Shown: positions 23,501 to 31,507, counted from the first letter of the stretch. The stretch: DNA of 64,000 nucleotides from Deltaproteobacteria bacterium (GCA_046583355.1 JAYGCM010000025.1:1-64000); one strand, 5' to 3'. The notes: generated by a model from the letters alone, not told the origin. Translations and numbers: made by a program.

Positions 23501-25023
23501 GTCGGTGGATGTATCTCAAGTGCACGCAGCACGAGCCCTTGCAGAAGGAGAGTGTCGTCCGAATGTGCGGCCAATACGCCGCGAAAGGAAGTCTCGATGA
23601 CAAAACCCTCAAGCACGGTATCATCGGCCTGAATTCCGAATACGTTGGTGCCGGCCGCGCCGACGATGGTCACGGCGCCCGGATGGGCGGCACGAAGTTT
23701 GATGCCGCCGCGGTCGACCTCGATCTCGCCGCTGAGCACGCAAATGCCGTCCTGCACCGTGACGATATTGTCGGAGCCGCCGGTCAGGATGGCGTGGCGA
23801 ATCGTCGCCCAGGGGGTGGCGGGATTGCGCGCGCTCGCCGCATCGCGGCTGTTGTCGCCATTGGCGCAATTGACGAAATACTCAAAACCGGAAACCTGTA
23901 TGGGCGTCGGGGTTGGCGTGGGTGTCGGGCTGGGCGTGGGACTGGGGGGCGGTGTGGGTGTCAGATCCGGCGCCGGCATGCCCGCCGAAGGCGTGGCGGC
24001 TACGTGGTAGCCGAGGTCCGCGGTGCCGGTATCTTCGCTGAGATCGCTCCGGATGGAGCCCGAAATATCGCGCGTCGCCACCGGGCCGGAACCGGCATCG
24101 AGCGCCGCACTGCCCGCTTGCACTCGGTAGTCGCCGCCGCCCACCAGGAGCGGGTCGGCAGCCGTCGTTGCCCAGACGATGGGCGCTGCGTCGGTATCTT
24201 GATCGAGTGGAATGGCCTGGGCCCAAAGGAGATTGTGATGCACAAGGGTGGGTGCGGAATCGACCTTGATGCCCTTGTTCATATTGCCCGCGACCAGGTT
24301 GTCGCGGATTTCACCGGTCGCGTTCTCGAAGCGGATACCGCCGTTGGTCGTGCTGCTGCCGTTGTCGCTTACGGTATTGAATGCAACCAGATGTCCCGCA
24401 GTGGGGGGCACGAGTGTGGCGTTGCCGCCGTCAATTTCGATTCCCCATTCGCCGTTATGGGTAACGAGGTTGTTGCGCAGGTAGGCGCGCTGGCCGCCCA
24501 GGATGAAGATACCGCGCGAGCCATGGCCGGCGACGTCGGAGTTCTCGATCCGGACATCGTCGGAATGGGTGACATGTACCCCATTATGGCTGCCGCCGCT
24601 GACCTGACAGTCGCGGACGATGAGACGATCGGCGCCGTCGGCGCGAATCCCGTGCAGACCACCCTGGATGGCGAAGCTCTCGAGCACGAAATCGGCGTGG
24701 TCGATGTACAGGCCGGTCGTGCCGGCCGGCGGCGTGAGCAGGGTACCGGCCGCGCCGCGTAGCGTAATGCCTGCGTGTCTGGATTCGAGAGTTTCGCTGT
24801 AAGTGCCGGACGCGACATGGATTGTATGCGGTCCCGCCATGCTCTCGACAGTGTTCAAGGCATGCTGAATCGTCCGCCAAGGCAGCGCGGCCGATTGGGC
24901 GTGCAGGGGCGCGCGCGTGTCGTCGCCGATCGAGGCGTCGCCGTTGACATGGAAATCGAATGCCAGGGCGCGTTCGGATACCAGCAACCCGGGGAGTCCG
25001 CTGACACCCAGGAGAAGCAGCAT
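17500..25023 (-). CDS. Giant secreted protein of seven tandem right-handed beta-helix (pectin-lyase-like/DUF1565-like) modules
   Basis: Seven repeats of [YFH]V..G[DN][DN]...[PG]W.TI..A followed by beta-helix turns and P.F...DFRL..S...D.GS...D.G.H. Frame is open to 25209; start placed at the hydrophobic leader (ATG 25023) and uncertain. Confidence 0.88.
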   Translation of the reverse strand: MLLLLGVSGLPGLLVSERALAFDFHVNGDASIGDDTRAPLHAQSAALPWRTIQHALNTVESMAGPHTIHVASGTYSETLESRHAGITLRGAAGTLLTPPAGTTGLYIDHADFVLESFAIQGGLHGIRADGADRLIVRDCQVSGGSHNGVHVTHSDDVRIENSDVAGHGSRGIFILGGQRAYLRNNLVTHNGEWGIEIDGGNATLVPPTAGHLVAFNTVSDNGSSTTNGGIRFENATGEIRDNLVAGNMNKGIKVDSAPTLVHHNLLWAQAIPLDQDTDAAPIVWATTAADPLLVGGGDYRVQAGSAALDAGSGPVATRDISGSIRSDLSEDTGTADLGYHVAATPSAGMPAPDLTPTPPPSPTPSPTPTPTPTPIQVSGFEYFVNCANGDNSRDAASARNPATPWATIRHAILTGGSDNIVTVQDGICVLSGEIEVDRGGIKLRAAHPGAVTIVGAAGTNVFGIQADDTVLEGFVIETSFRGVLAAHSDDTLLLQGLVLRALEIHPPTGGTMAIDAITIKNARFVTVENNRIRGAGSRAIHLRFTADAYVRNNLITQGSATSDSFAIDFENNPNSTSVLPPLATGNIVAFNTVQGNRRGIRFNNTLGEIRDNIVTDNLISGIRVSDPGIASLVHHNISWNNGAGGTKNWSLPSEFDFWSSNSSADPLFVDAAGGDYALSELAAGQAADSPALGRGSAPIGIADIDGSTRSDGAADSGRANPGYHAQASALGGGVAVIAPPAAARIHVDCAGGDDTRSRWEVGRLWDGWATISRALVDAAAGDTIIVRDGTCAEALEIETADLRLQAENPLGAIIEAPTGLTAVRIEADRVTLADLLIRSDKEGIRAAAEDSDTSLFGIHLSGLLVEKLPAAVAIATNGIRLKNTFDSIVDSCEVRDAAQTGIAVVSNEISTASGGGRSYLHNNLVTGAGEWGIHIDSEAPSPMTSGHLIAFNTLYANGTTGGQGGLRLQNATGEIRDNIIVENSGRGIKTDSAPVLIHHNLIFAHPVAYDTESSALPTTWENLVQDPLFRDAAGGDFRLQQTAAGDAANSPAVDAGSGQTTSAGISGSTRSDAVQDTGVADLGQHQSAAIASIIPPLSSAPPAHARTIFVDATLGDDAYDSSETTNPAQPWQTIHRALRSTGAQPGDTIVVRAGIYHESVQTTLDGVTLLAEPGVILQAGGGIGFSVEHDDITIDGFRIEGALHGVRGNGADRLTVRRTIIASPSSNGIKLSDSINSILDSNRIEGAAARSIHATDSAGLYIRNNLLVASGSWAIHLDTADGAATVGDALVAFNTINGAGIGGIRFENTTGTIRDNIVNAITTTAVKTNTAPVDVHHNNLHHAVLLFDEKSDKEARRWSNSTLAPLFVDALGGDFRLQSLAAGDSQNSPLLDRGSANAASDLIDISGSTTRDGAADTGRADPGHHENATPTPARPLAGPVYGVVVGTGGTFHVSPTGNNTRGSGEAAAAGGAWRTIGYAMGQLAAGDTLIIAAGDYAEAFSVRSDGVRITGSGVLGDTRILPPAGVVGIVISDRTDIRLENLLIEGGAQSIRAEATSGLRIHRVASINASAVGMQILDSTDAWIDSSVITGAGDEGLLLLRSNELHIRNNLIYTNSGWGISLDNDPGADPAPPISVGNLVAFNTLHANGDGLRVLGASGEVRDNILTNHLDLGLYLAGPEIYAHHNVFAFNGRDRDRDFDFDTIFFWAYIGRSPKYVDPDGPDDILGGSGWQDDDFNLGRIQTGQIVDSPVIDRGSDAVAVLDIDGSTASDGTPDSGIADPGFHTGASAGRTKPAPAPFDPDSLLSTYFVSSAWGEDGNGSEPRTAATARNPATPWGSIRHAVSRAEPGATLVVLPGIYNNSIHITRDDLTIRAETPGTVLIKPLIIADPSLAAGASGEGTTGFTIEGAHVTLDGLIIQGGSTGISALATANGLRILNCVVYDAAGDGIRVQDASDILIENSITSTNLFSGIKLRNVGAATVRNVLSYGNAEWGVTLDNSGTSDTNPPPLSLGNLVASNTISWNGLGNLRLDKTSGLVRDNLLTNTPGMGLKIEDSPATLLHNGLWDETTDTTRIEPANALFCAGCSGNLWADPRFIAPRGADLIFGSRGYHDDDFRLAQIGAGQTEQSAAVDAGSQEALALGLVGSTATSGDVDTGMADLGFHYGRGERAPQAPTFRAGSQAILYVDSLDGDDGRTRAQAAVPATPWKTLAHALGSLVHGDTLVLGTGTWTERLDIRQGGITILGAGSLGSTIVAPGGHRDAIRIRAADVEIRNLVIEGARRGISLFRHADDIRLEDLVVVNSGREGIVLRRTARTTLESVTITGCGGTGLYASRASEMLVRNAIITACRRGGMKISRSSGTIEFSTIHGAGRIGLRIRRSAELTVRDLIITGHSGWGIHARHRSGEAPTLDHILLGTNTIDLAPADFPAGAGMQLATNPLYLDSDGADDIAGGSGWADDLLFLNPASPAIDRGSGDASARGVDTVSALGTAGLPDEDVADLGVHR

Positions 25024-25185
25024 TCTCAGGACGCTTCGTGCGAAGCTTCCTCGGATGCGTCGCCCAATGCTTTCTTCCTTGTCTTTCAATAATGCCTGCA
25101 CGTTTCGAATGGGAATTCTGAAGTATTGGTTTTGACGTGGAATCGGCCACCGAATTCGGCAGTTCCTGTATTTCCACCCGATCGC

Positions 25186-25227
25186 GCCGACCATGCGTGG
25201 TGCAGCCATGCACCACGCATGGTCGGC
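25186..25227. repeat. Perfect 19-bp inverted repeat with 4-nt loop
   Basis: GCCGACCATGCGTGGTGCA-GCCA-TGCACCACGCATGGTCGGC. Confidence 0.95.
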
Positions 25228-25473
25228 CTCTCGGAATTTATCGTTGCCGGGTTATGGCCGTCCGCCCACGGTCGGCCTGCGGTGCTTGGCCGGCGTACCC
25301 TTGCCGGCCGGGCACTTGCCCGGAATCGCTACTCGATCTGCAGGGATTTCGTGTCCAGCGGTCTCTTCGTCTCTACCGGACGACGAGGCGCGCGAAAGCC
25401 GCGAGGCTCTCCAGCGGGCAATAGACCGCGCACCCGGACCCGAATCCGTGCTTTTCTACCTACTATCGGCAGT

Positions 25474-25800
25474 TCAGCCGGGGCGGATGAGCGGGTCGAG
25501 GGGTGGGTTCGGAACGCGGAGCTCCGGAAAGCCTTGCGTCGCGGGCCGACTCCCTCCAATGTGAAGAATCGGAGTTGCCGGGAGGGTCGCCAAGGGTGAG
25601 AAAGTCTTGCCGGAGAAGACGGTGTCGACGAAGGGCGGCGTTTCGGTCAATTGGCCGAGGCCCGCTGCCGGATTTGCCGCGAATTCGCTAGCATTCTGGC
25701 CCCCAACCACGTAATCGGGCATGGGCTGAACGAACACGAAACAGGCCAGCGCCATGATCGTCACGACGGTAGCCCAGGTCCTGATGAAACTTCGACTCAT
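25474..25800 (-). CDS. Small hypothetical protein with N-terminal TM/signal and Pro-rich C-terminus
   Basis: MSRSFIRTWATVVTIMALACFVFVQP...PNPPLDPLIRPG; weak RBS. Confidence 0.5.
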   Translation of the reverse strand: MSRSFIRTWATVVTIMALACFVFVQPMPDYVVGGQNASEFAANPAAGLGQLTETPPFVDTVFSGKTFSPLATLPATPILHIGGSRPATQGFPELRVPNPPLDPLIRPG

Positions 25801-25832
25801 TTCTCTAACGAGATAGGAGCAAGGGAGAAGCC

Positions 25833-26822
25833 ATGCAAGTACAGTTGAAACGGAACGAATTGGCCGCACGCGTATTGCAGTCTCGCACGGTCTCGCGGGT
25901 CTGCGAGAGTGGGCATCAGGCAAATGCCTTGTGCTTTGGTGTTTTTCTGGCGCTTGCCCTACTGGTCTCCAGCCTGATGGCCGGGCCAGCGGCGGCGCAG
26001 GGCTTCGGCCCCAACCACGGCGAACCGGATTCCGCGCTGGTGATGCCATTGGTGGCGAAGACCGGCTATACGACGTTTTTTGCCATCAGCAATGTGGGCC
26101 CTTCCGATGGCGAATCAGGCGGCACTTTTCCCGAGCCCATCGCGATCCTGTGGGAATTCTATGATGAGTCCGGCGAATTGGTCGCCGAGGCCGAACGCTA
26201 TGTGCTCGGCGAGGGCGGCACCGATATCGTCAGCCCGGATGCCGTTCGTGCCAAAGATGCCGCTGGCAATCTCGGCCCTGCGACCTCTGTGGTTGGCCGC
26301 AACGGCTTTGTCGTAGTGAGCGCGAGCGATGACGAACCTCGTCTGATCGGCAACTTCACGGTGGCGAATATTTCGACTTCCGCGGCCTGGGGAGCGGGCG
26401 CGGCCGGCCTCGGTACGAATGGCCTGCTGGTGCCCGGTGATGCGGCGGTCGGCACGACCTTCGCCATCGACAGTCTGGATGACGATATCCTGATCGTACT
26501 CGGCATCGACGACCTGGGCTTCGTGCCGACCTCGCTGACCTGGGGCGACCCGCCGGAACCGGGCGAGGTGCTGATGCCTTTGGTCTTCTCGATCCATAAT
26601 AATGGCGGGTTCGACCCGGCCACAGACGAGGCGACTCGCGGTGTCGAGGGTAGCGCGTTCTTTACCCGGCTGGCCGATATTCTACCCTCGGCGAGAACAT
26701 CGACCTCCGGCACCATCTCGGTGGCGCCGACCGATAACGAAATCACCATTCTTGGTTTCTACGGCCAGGCGCTCGGACAATTCGGGGCTGGTCAGACTTT
26801 GCGGATGGTTCCCGCCGGGTGA
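25833..26822 (+). CDS. Secreted acidic, beta-rich hypothetical protein
   Basis: GGGAG RBS; hydrophobic segment ending AAAQ; GTGA overlap with thiD. Confidence 0.7.
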   Translation: MQVQLKRNELAARVLQSRTVSRVCESGHQANALCFGVFLALALLVSSLMAGPAAAQGFGPNHGEPDSALVMPLVAKTGYTTFFAISNVGPSDGESGGTFPEPIAILWEFYDESGELVAEAERYVLGEGGTDIVSPDAVRAKDAAGNLGPATSVVGRNGFVVVSASDDEPRLIGNFTVANISTSAAWGAGAAGLGTNGLLVPGDAAVGTTFAIDSLDDDILIVLGIDDLGFVPTSLTWGDPPEPGEVLMPLVFSIHNNGGFDPATDEATRGVEGSAFFTRLADILPSARTSTSGTISVAPTDNEITILGFYGQALGQFGAGQTLRMVPAG

Positions 26823-27586
26823 TCGCATTGACTATCGCCGGCTCGGACCCGAGCGGTGGTGCTGGCGTGGCGCGCGACCTCGAGACTTTCGCGACTCTCG
26901 GTGTTCGTGGCATGAGCGTTCTTTCGTGTCTGACGGCACAGAACTCACAGCAGGTCGACGCCGTCGAACCGGTGCCGGCGGCTTTTGTCGCGCAGCAATT
27001 GGCGACGCTGCTGCGAGACTTCCGACCGGCGGCGAGCAAGACCGGCCTGCTGGCATCGGCCGAGGCCGTGGTGGCGGTGGCTGATGTCGCCGGGCGCCTC
27101 GGGCCCCTTGTCGTGGACCCCGTGCTGGCTTCGACCAGTGGCTCCGATCTGGTGGCCGCCGGTGTGCGCGAGGCGATTCTGACTCGATTGTTGCCGCAGG
27201 CGGCACTCGTGACGCCAAACCTAGCCGAGGCGGGCGCTCTGACCGAGACCCTGGTGACGGATCTTGCCTCGATGCGGCGCGCCGCGGAGATTCTTCTTGC
27301 CACCGGCGTCAAGGCGGTGCTGGTAAAGGGCGGACATTTGGCCGGCGACCCGGTGGACCTGCTCTTGACCAGCGAGAGGAGTCGCGAGCTGCACGCATCG
27401 CGTATCGATGTTCCGCCCGTGCGCGGCACGGGTTGCGCGCTCTCGGCGGCCATCACCGCCGGCCTGGCACAGGGCAAAGGCCTGGAGGACGCGATCGACG
27501 CGGCGCGGGCTTTTCTCGGCGACGCGCTTGGTCGGGCCGAGAAGGTGGGCGGCGGCGCATGGCATCTCGGTCGCTCCGGCGTTTAG
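26819..27586 (+). CDS. thiD: Hydroxymethylpyrimidine/phosphomethylpyrimidine kinase
   Basis: LTIAGSDPSGGAG, TAQN, VVDPV, TPNL.EA, KGGH, GTGC. Confidence 0.93.
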   Translation: MIALTIAGSDPSGGAGVARDLETFATLGVRGMSVLSCLTAQNSQQVDAVEPVPAAFVAQQLATLLRDFRPAASKTGLLASAEAVVAVADVAGRLGPLVVDPVLASTSGSDLVAAGVREAILTRLLPQAALVTPNLAEAGALTETLVTDLASMRRAAEILLATGVKAVLVKGGHLAGDPVDLLLTSERSRELHASRIDVPPVRGTGCALSAAITAGLAQGKGLEDAIDAARAFLGDALGRAEKVGGGAWHLGRSGV

Positions 27587-27685
27587 ATCGGCCGTCGCCG
27601 GACCAGGAGGCCGGGTTCGCCAGCGCTGGTTTCGGCTCCAGCCGGCCCTGGCCGCGACGCTCGCGCGGAGCGCGTCGCGCCTGCT

Positions 27686-28591
27686 ATGCAGCCCTGCGTG
27701 GCTCTCCACTCCCGCAAGGTGAAAATCGGTTTGGTGCAGATGGCCTGCACGGATGCCCCGGCAGACAATCTCGCGCGCGGCCTTGCGCTGGTCGAGCGCG
27801 CGGCGGCCGAGGGTGCGCAGATCATCTGCCTGCCCGAGCTCTTCGGCACGCGCTATTTCTGCCAGCGCGAAGACCATGACAATTTCGCGCTTGCCGAGGA
27901 AATTCCGGGTCCGACCACTCAGGCGCTCTCGGCCTTGGCCGCGCGGCTGGAGGTAGTGCTGGTGGGCTCGATCTTCGAGCGCCGGGCCGCTGGTCTCTAC
28001 CATAATACGGCGTGCGTGATCGACGCCGACGGCACGCTCCTGGGCATCTACCGCAAGATGCATATCCCGGACGATCCGCTCTATCACGAGAAATTCTATT
28101 TTACGCCGGGCGATACCGGCTATCGTTCCTTTGCGACGCGATTCGGCCGCATCGGCGTACTCATCTGCTGGGACCAATGGTTCCCGGAAGCGGCACGTCT
28201 CACGGCACTCGCCGGAGCCGAGATTCTTTTCTTCCCCACCGCAATTGGCTGGCATGAAGAGGAGAAAAAAGAGCATGGCGCCAGCCAATATGACGCCTGG
28301 CAGACCGTGCAGCGTGGCCATGCGATTGCCAACGGCATCTTCACGGCTTCGCCCAATCGCTTCGGCCATGAGAATTCGGTCGAATTCTGGGGCGGCTCTT
28401 TCGTGAGCTCTCCCTTCGGCGAGTGCCTGGCGCAGGCGCCACACGACGAAGAGGCGGTACTGGTCGTCGAATGCGACCTGGGCCGGGTAGAGGAGGTGCG
28501 CCAGCATTGGCCGTTTCTGCGTGACCGCCGGGTCGACTCCTACGCGGGGATTCTCGAGCTTGCCGCCGACGGGAGCGGAAAGCTGAAATGA
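27686..28591 (+). CDS. aguB: N-carbamoylputrescine amidase (carbon-nitrogen hydrolase)
   Basis: LPELF, YRKMHIPDDP.Y.EKFYF, ICWDQWFPE triad motifs; coupled to agmatine deiminase. True start may be GTG near 27719. Confidence 0.88.
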   Translation: MQPCVALHSRKVKIGLVQMACTDAPADNLARGLALVERAAAEGAQIICLPELFGTRYFCQREDHDNFALAEEIPGPTTQALSALAARLEVVLVGSIFERRAAGLYHNTACVIDADGTLLGIYRKMHIPDDPLYHEKFYFTPGDTGYRSFATRFGRIGVLICWDQWFPEAARLTALAGAEILFFPTAIGWHEEEKKEHGASQYDAWQTVQRGHAIANGIFTASPNRFGHENSVEFWGGSFVSSPFGECLAQAPHDEEAVLVVECDLGRVEEVRQHWPFLRDRRVDSYAGILELAADGSGKLK

Positions 28592-29658
28592 ATCCGGCGC
28601 CAGGCGCCTGCGCCGCAGCAGATTCTGTACGACCGAAGGCCGAGGCTACCTGCCGCTGGCCTGCCGAATGGGAGGAACACGCGGCGACCTGGCTGGTCTG
28701 GCCGCATAATCCCGAGACCTGGCCCGGCCGCCTGGCGAGAATTCCGCCGGTCTTTGCGCGCATGGTCCGCGCACTACTGCCGGGTGAGCGCGTCGAGATT
28801 ATCGTCGGCTCGGCTGCCGCACGCGCCGGTGCAGAGATTGTCCTGTCCGAGGCCCGCGCCCTGGGCCAGACGGTTGGTTTCCATGAAATTCCGACCAACG
28901 ACTCCTGGATCCGTGACCACGGCCCGATCTTCGTGCAATCCCCCGCAGGGCGTCCACGCGCGATCGATTGGGGCTACAACGCATGGGGCGGCAAATACCC
29001 GCCCTGGGACCTCGACCAGAAGGCCGCGCAGCAAGTGGCCGCACTGGCAGCCGCCGAGCATATCGACAGGCCGATGATTCTCGAAGGCGGCTCGATCGAC
29101 GGCGACGGGCAGGGCACCCTGATTACGACCGAATCCTGTCTGCTCAATCCGAACCGCAACCCGGATCTCTCGCGCGCCGATATCGAGCGCGAGCTGCGCG
29201 AGCAGCTCGGTGTCGCCAAGCTGCTCTGGCTGGCCGACGGCATCGCCGGCGACGATACTGATGGCCACGTAGACGACCTGACACGCTTCGTAGCACCGGG
29301 CCGCGTAGTGGCGGTGATGGAGGACGATGCGGCCGACGTCAATTATGTAAACCTGCACGAGAACCGCGAACGCCTGGCCGGCATGCGCGACGCAAAGGGC
29401 CAGCGCCTCGAGATCATCGAATTGCCGATGCCACGTGCACGGTACGCTGGCGCCGAACGCCTGCCGGCTTCCTACGCGAACTTCTATATTGCCAACGCGG
29501 CCGTGCTGGTGCCGACCTTCCAGGACGAAGCCGATGCCAAGGCCCTGGGCATCCTCGCCGAACTCTTCCCCGATCGCGCCGTCGTCGGCATCGATGCCCG
29601 TGACCTGGTGGCCGGCCTCGGCGCCTGCCATTGCCTGACCCAACAGCAACCCGCCTGA
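28588..29658 (+). CDS. aguA: Agmatine deiminase
   Basis: PAEWE.H, WIRDHGP, LEGGSI, DTDGHVD, ASYANF, GACHCLTQQ. Confidence 0.93.
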   Translation: MNPAPGACAAADSVRPKAEATCRWPAEWEEHAATWLVWPHNPETWPGRLARIPPVFARMVRALLPGERVEIIVGSAAARAGAEIVLSEARALGQTVGFHEIPTNDSWIRDHGPIFVQSPAGRPRAIDWGYNAWGGKYPPWDLDQKAAQQVAALAAAEHIDRPMILEGGSIDGDGQGTLITTESCLLNPNRNPDLSRADIERELREQLGVAKLLWLADGIAGDDTDGHVDDLTRFVAPGRVVAVMEDDAADVNYVNLHENRERLAGMRDAKGQRLEIIELPMPRARYAGAERLPASYANFYIANAAVLVPTFQDEADAKALGILAELFPDRAVVGIDARDLVAGLGACHCLTQQQPA

Positions 29659-29691
29659 GCGCGGCTCCGCTGCGGCGTAGCCCGCGGGGCA

Positions 29692-30858
29692 CTAAAGGCA
29701 GGCGTAGGCCGCGTCGATCAGGGCGCCGGCGCGTGGCGATTGCCAGCGTTCGCCGGGGCGGTTCATGACGTAGGCAAACGCGAGCCCTGTGTCGGGGTCG
29801 GCGAAGCCGAGCGAACCGCCGTAGCCGAAATGGCCGAAGGAGCGTGCATTCGGACCGATGGGACGCGAGTCCTGGGCGAGTTGGAAGCCGAGGCCGAAGC
29901 GGGTCGGGCGGTCCAGAATCCGATCGAGTCCATCGACCTGGGGGGTGCAGGCGTCGTCGAGCACACTTTGCGGGAAGAGGCTGCCGTCCAGCGCTGCGGC
30001 GTAGATGCGTGCGACGCCGCGAGCCGTGCCGTGGCCGTTGGTCGAGGGAATCTGCAACGAACGCCACCAGCTGGAGTTGACGACTCCCTGGCCGGTGATG
30101 GCGGACGGGTTGAAATAGGCTTTGAATTTCATCTCATCGGTCGCGGGATCGCCGCTCGGTGGCGCGACGAACTTGCGGGCGTGCGCGATATCGATTGGCC
30201 GGGCCATAACGCCGATGATATCGGCGCAGAGGCGGTGCGCATAAAGCGGCAGGCCGATATGGAACTCGGCATCGAGGCTTTGGGTGAGGACCTCGCGCAG
30301 GGCGCGGCGAAACGAGGGCGCGCCGCTGGCTCGCCGGGCCATCTCGCCGGTGAGAAAACCATGCGTGTTGACGTGGTAGCCGTGTGCCGTTCCGGGCTCC
30401 CAGAACGGTTCCTGCGCGGCCAATGAGGCGGTGATGCGCTGCCAATCGCTCAGGGCTTCGTCGGGCAACTCTTCGCGCAGGGCTGGCAGGCCGCCCTGGT
30501 GGGCCAGGATCTGGCGCAGCGTGATCTTGTCCTTGCCCGCGGCACCGAACTCGGGCCACACGGCCGTAACGGCTTGGTCCGGGTCGAGACGTCGCTGGCC
30601 GACCAACGCAAGCACGAGAATTGCGGTAATGCCCTTGCCGACCGAATAGGCATTGACGAGGGTGTTTTTCTCCCATGGACGCGTCTTTGCCTCGTCGCGC
30701 CAGCCGCCCCAGAGGTCGAGCACCTGGCGGCCCCCGATGTACACGGCAACGGCCGCACCTACCTCGTCGAATTGGTCGAAGTTCTCGCGGAAGGCCTCGC
30801 GCACCCGCTCGAACGCAGGGTCGCAAAAACCGTCGATCGGAACCGCGCTCGCCGCCAT
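29692..30858 (-). CDS. Beta-lactamase-family serine hydrolase (family VIII esterase-like)
   Basis: SxxK (SVGK), LAHQGGL, GYH, FGHFGYGGS. Confidence 0.9.
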   Translation of the reverse strand: MAASAVPIDGFCDPAFERVREAFRENFDQFDEVGAAVAVYIGGRQVLDLWGGWRDEAKTRPWEKNTLVNAYSVGKGITAILVLALVGQRRLDPDQAVTAVWPEFGAAGKDKITLRQILAHQGGLPALREELPDEALSDWQRITASLAAQEPFWEPGTAHGYHVNTHGFLTGEMARRASGAPSFRRALREVLTQSLDAEFHIGLPLYAHRLCADIIGVMARPIDIAHARKFVAPPSGDPATDEMKFKAYFNPSAITGQGVVNSSWWRSLQIPSTNGHGTARGVARIYAAALDGSLFPQSVLDDACTPQVDGLDRILDRPTRFGLGFQLAQDSRPIGPNARSFGHFGYGGSLGFADPDTGLAFAYVMNRPGERWQSPRAGALIDAAYACL

Positions 30859-30866
30859 GGCTTGCG

Positions 30867-31439
30867 TCAGCTCTTCACGCGCGAGACGAAGCGCGAGTCG
30901 CGGGTATCGACCTGGACCAGTTCGTCGTTCTCGAGGTAGGCCGGCACTTGAATCTCGAGGCCGGTCTCAAGTGTGGCTGGCTTGGTTTGCGCCTGAGCAG
31001 TCGCGCCCTTGATGGCCGGCGCGGTTTCGGTGACCTGCAAGGTGACCGTATTGGGCAGGTCGACGCCGAGGACTTCGTCGCCCATGACCATCGAGCGGAT
31101 GCCGGCCAGCCCTTCTTTGAGGAAGCCGGTTGCGCTGCCGAGCGCCTCGCCCGTGAGAGCGAATTGATCGTAGCTCTCGGTGTCCATGAAATGGTATTCG
31201 GTGCCGTCGGAGTAGAGGAATTGCACGCCGCGGAAATCGAGGTTGGCCTCATGGACTTTGTCGCCGCCGCGGTAGGATTTCTCCAGGACCTGGCCGGTGC
31301 GCAGATTGCGGACCTTGATCTTGGAGATCGAGGACGCGCCGCGGGCGGAGGGGCTCTGCATGGCCACGTCGAGGATGGTGTAGGGATCTCCATCGATCAG
31401 GATGCGGAGATGGCGCTTGAAATCGGCGGTGGTGAACAT
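30867..31439 (-). CDS. efp: Elongation factor P family protein, EfpL/YeiP-type loop
   Basis: QSPSARG loop, YHFMD.E.Y.Q, GATA..QTKPATLETG..QVP, VDTRD. Confidence 0.93.
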   Translation of the reverse strand: MFTTADFKRHLRILIDGDPYTILDVAMQSPSARGASSISKIKVRNLRTGQVLEKSYRGGDKVHEANLDFRGVQFLYSDGTEYHFMDTESYDQFALTGEALGSATGFLKEGLAGIRSMVMGDEVLGVDLPNTVTLQVTETAPAIKGATAQAQTKPATLETGLEIQVPAYLENDELVQVDTRDSRFVSRVKS

Positions 31440-31507
31440 GCGCTTTGCTTTAACGGCTGGGGCGACACGCGGAAAGTCGGCTCTCGAAATCTTTCCTACC
31501 CGGATCG

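Noticed and set aside
25024..25209. N-terminal extension of the giant ORF to ATG 25209
   Set aside because: That ATG lies inside the 19-bp hairpin with no RBS, and the extension is not signal-like. The real start is probably near 25023-25105.
25245..25325. Minus-strand GGGCAA...CGCAGGCC resembling a c-di-GMP-I riboswitch
   Set aside because: Lacks the GNRA tetraloop/receptor and the GCAAAG core; only superficial similarity.
26819..29658. thiD-aguB-aguA as a novel pathway; TPP riboswitch upstream
   Set aside because: aguBA is the standard agmatine-to-putrescine route, and no TPP aptamer consensus is seen.
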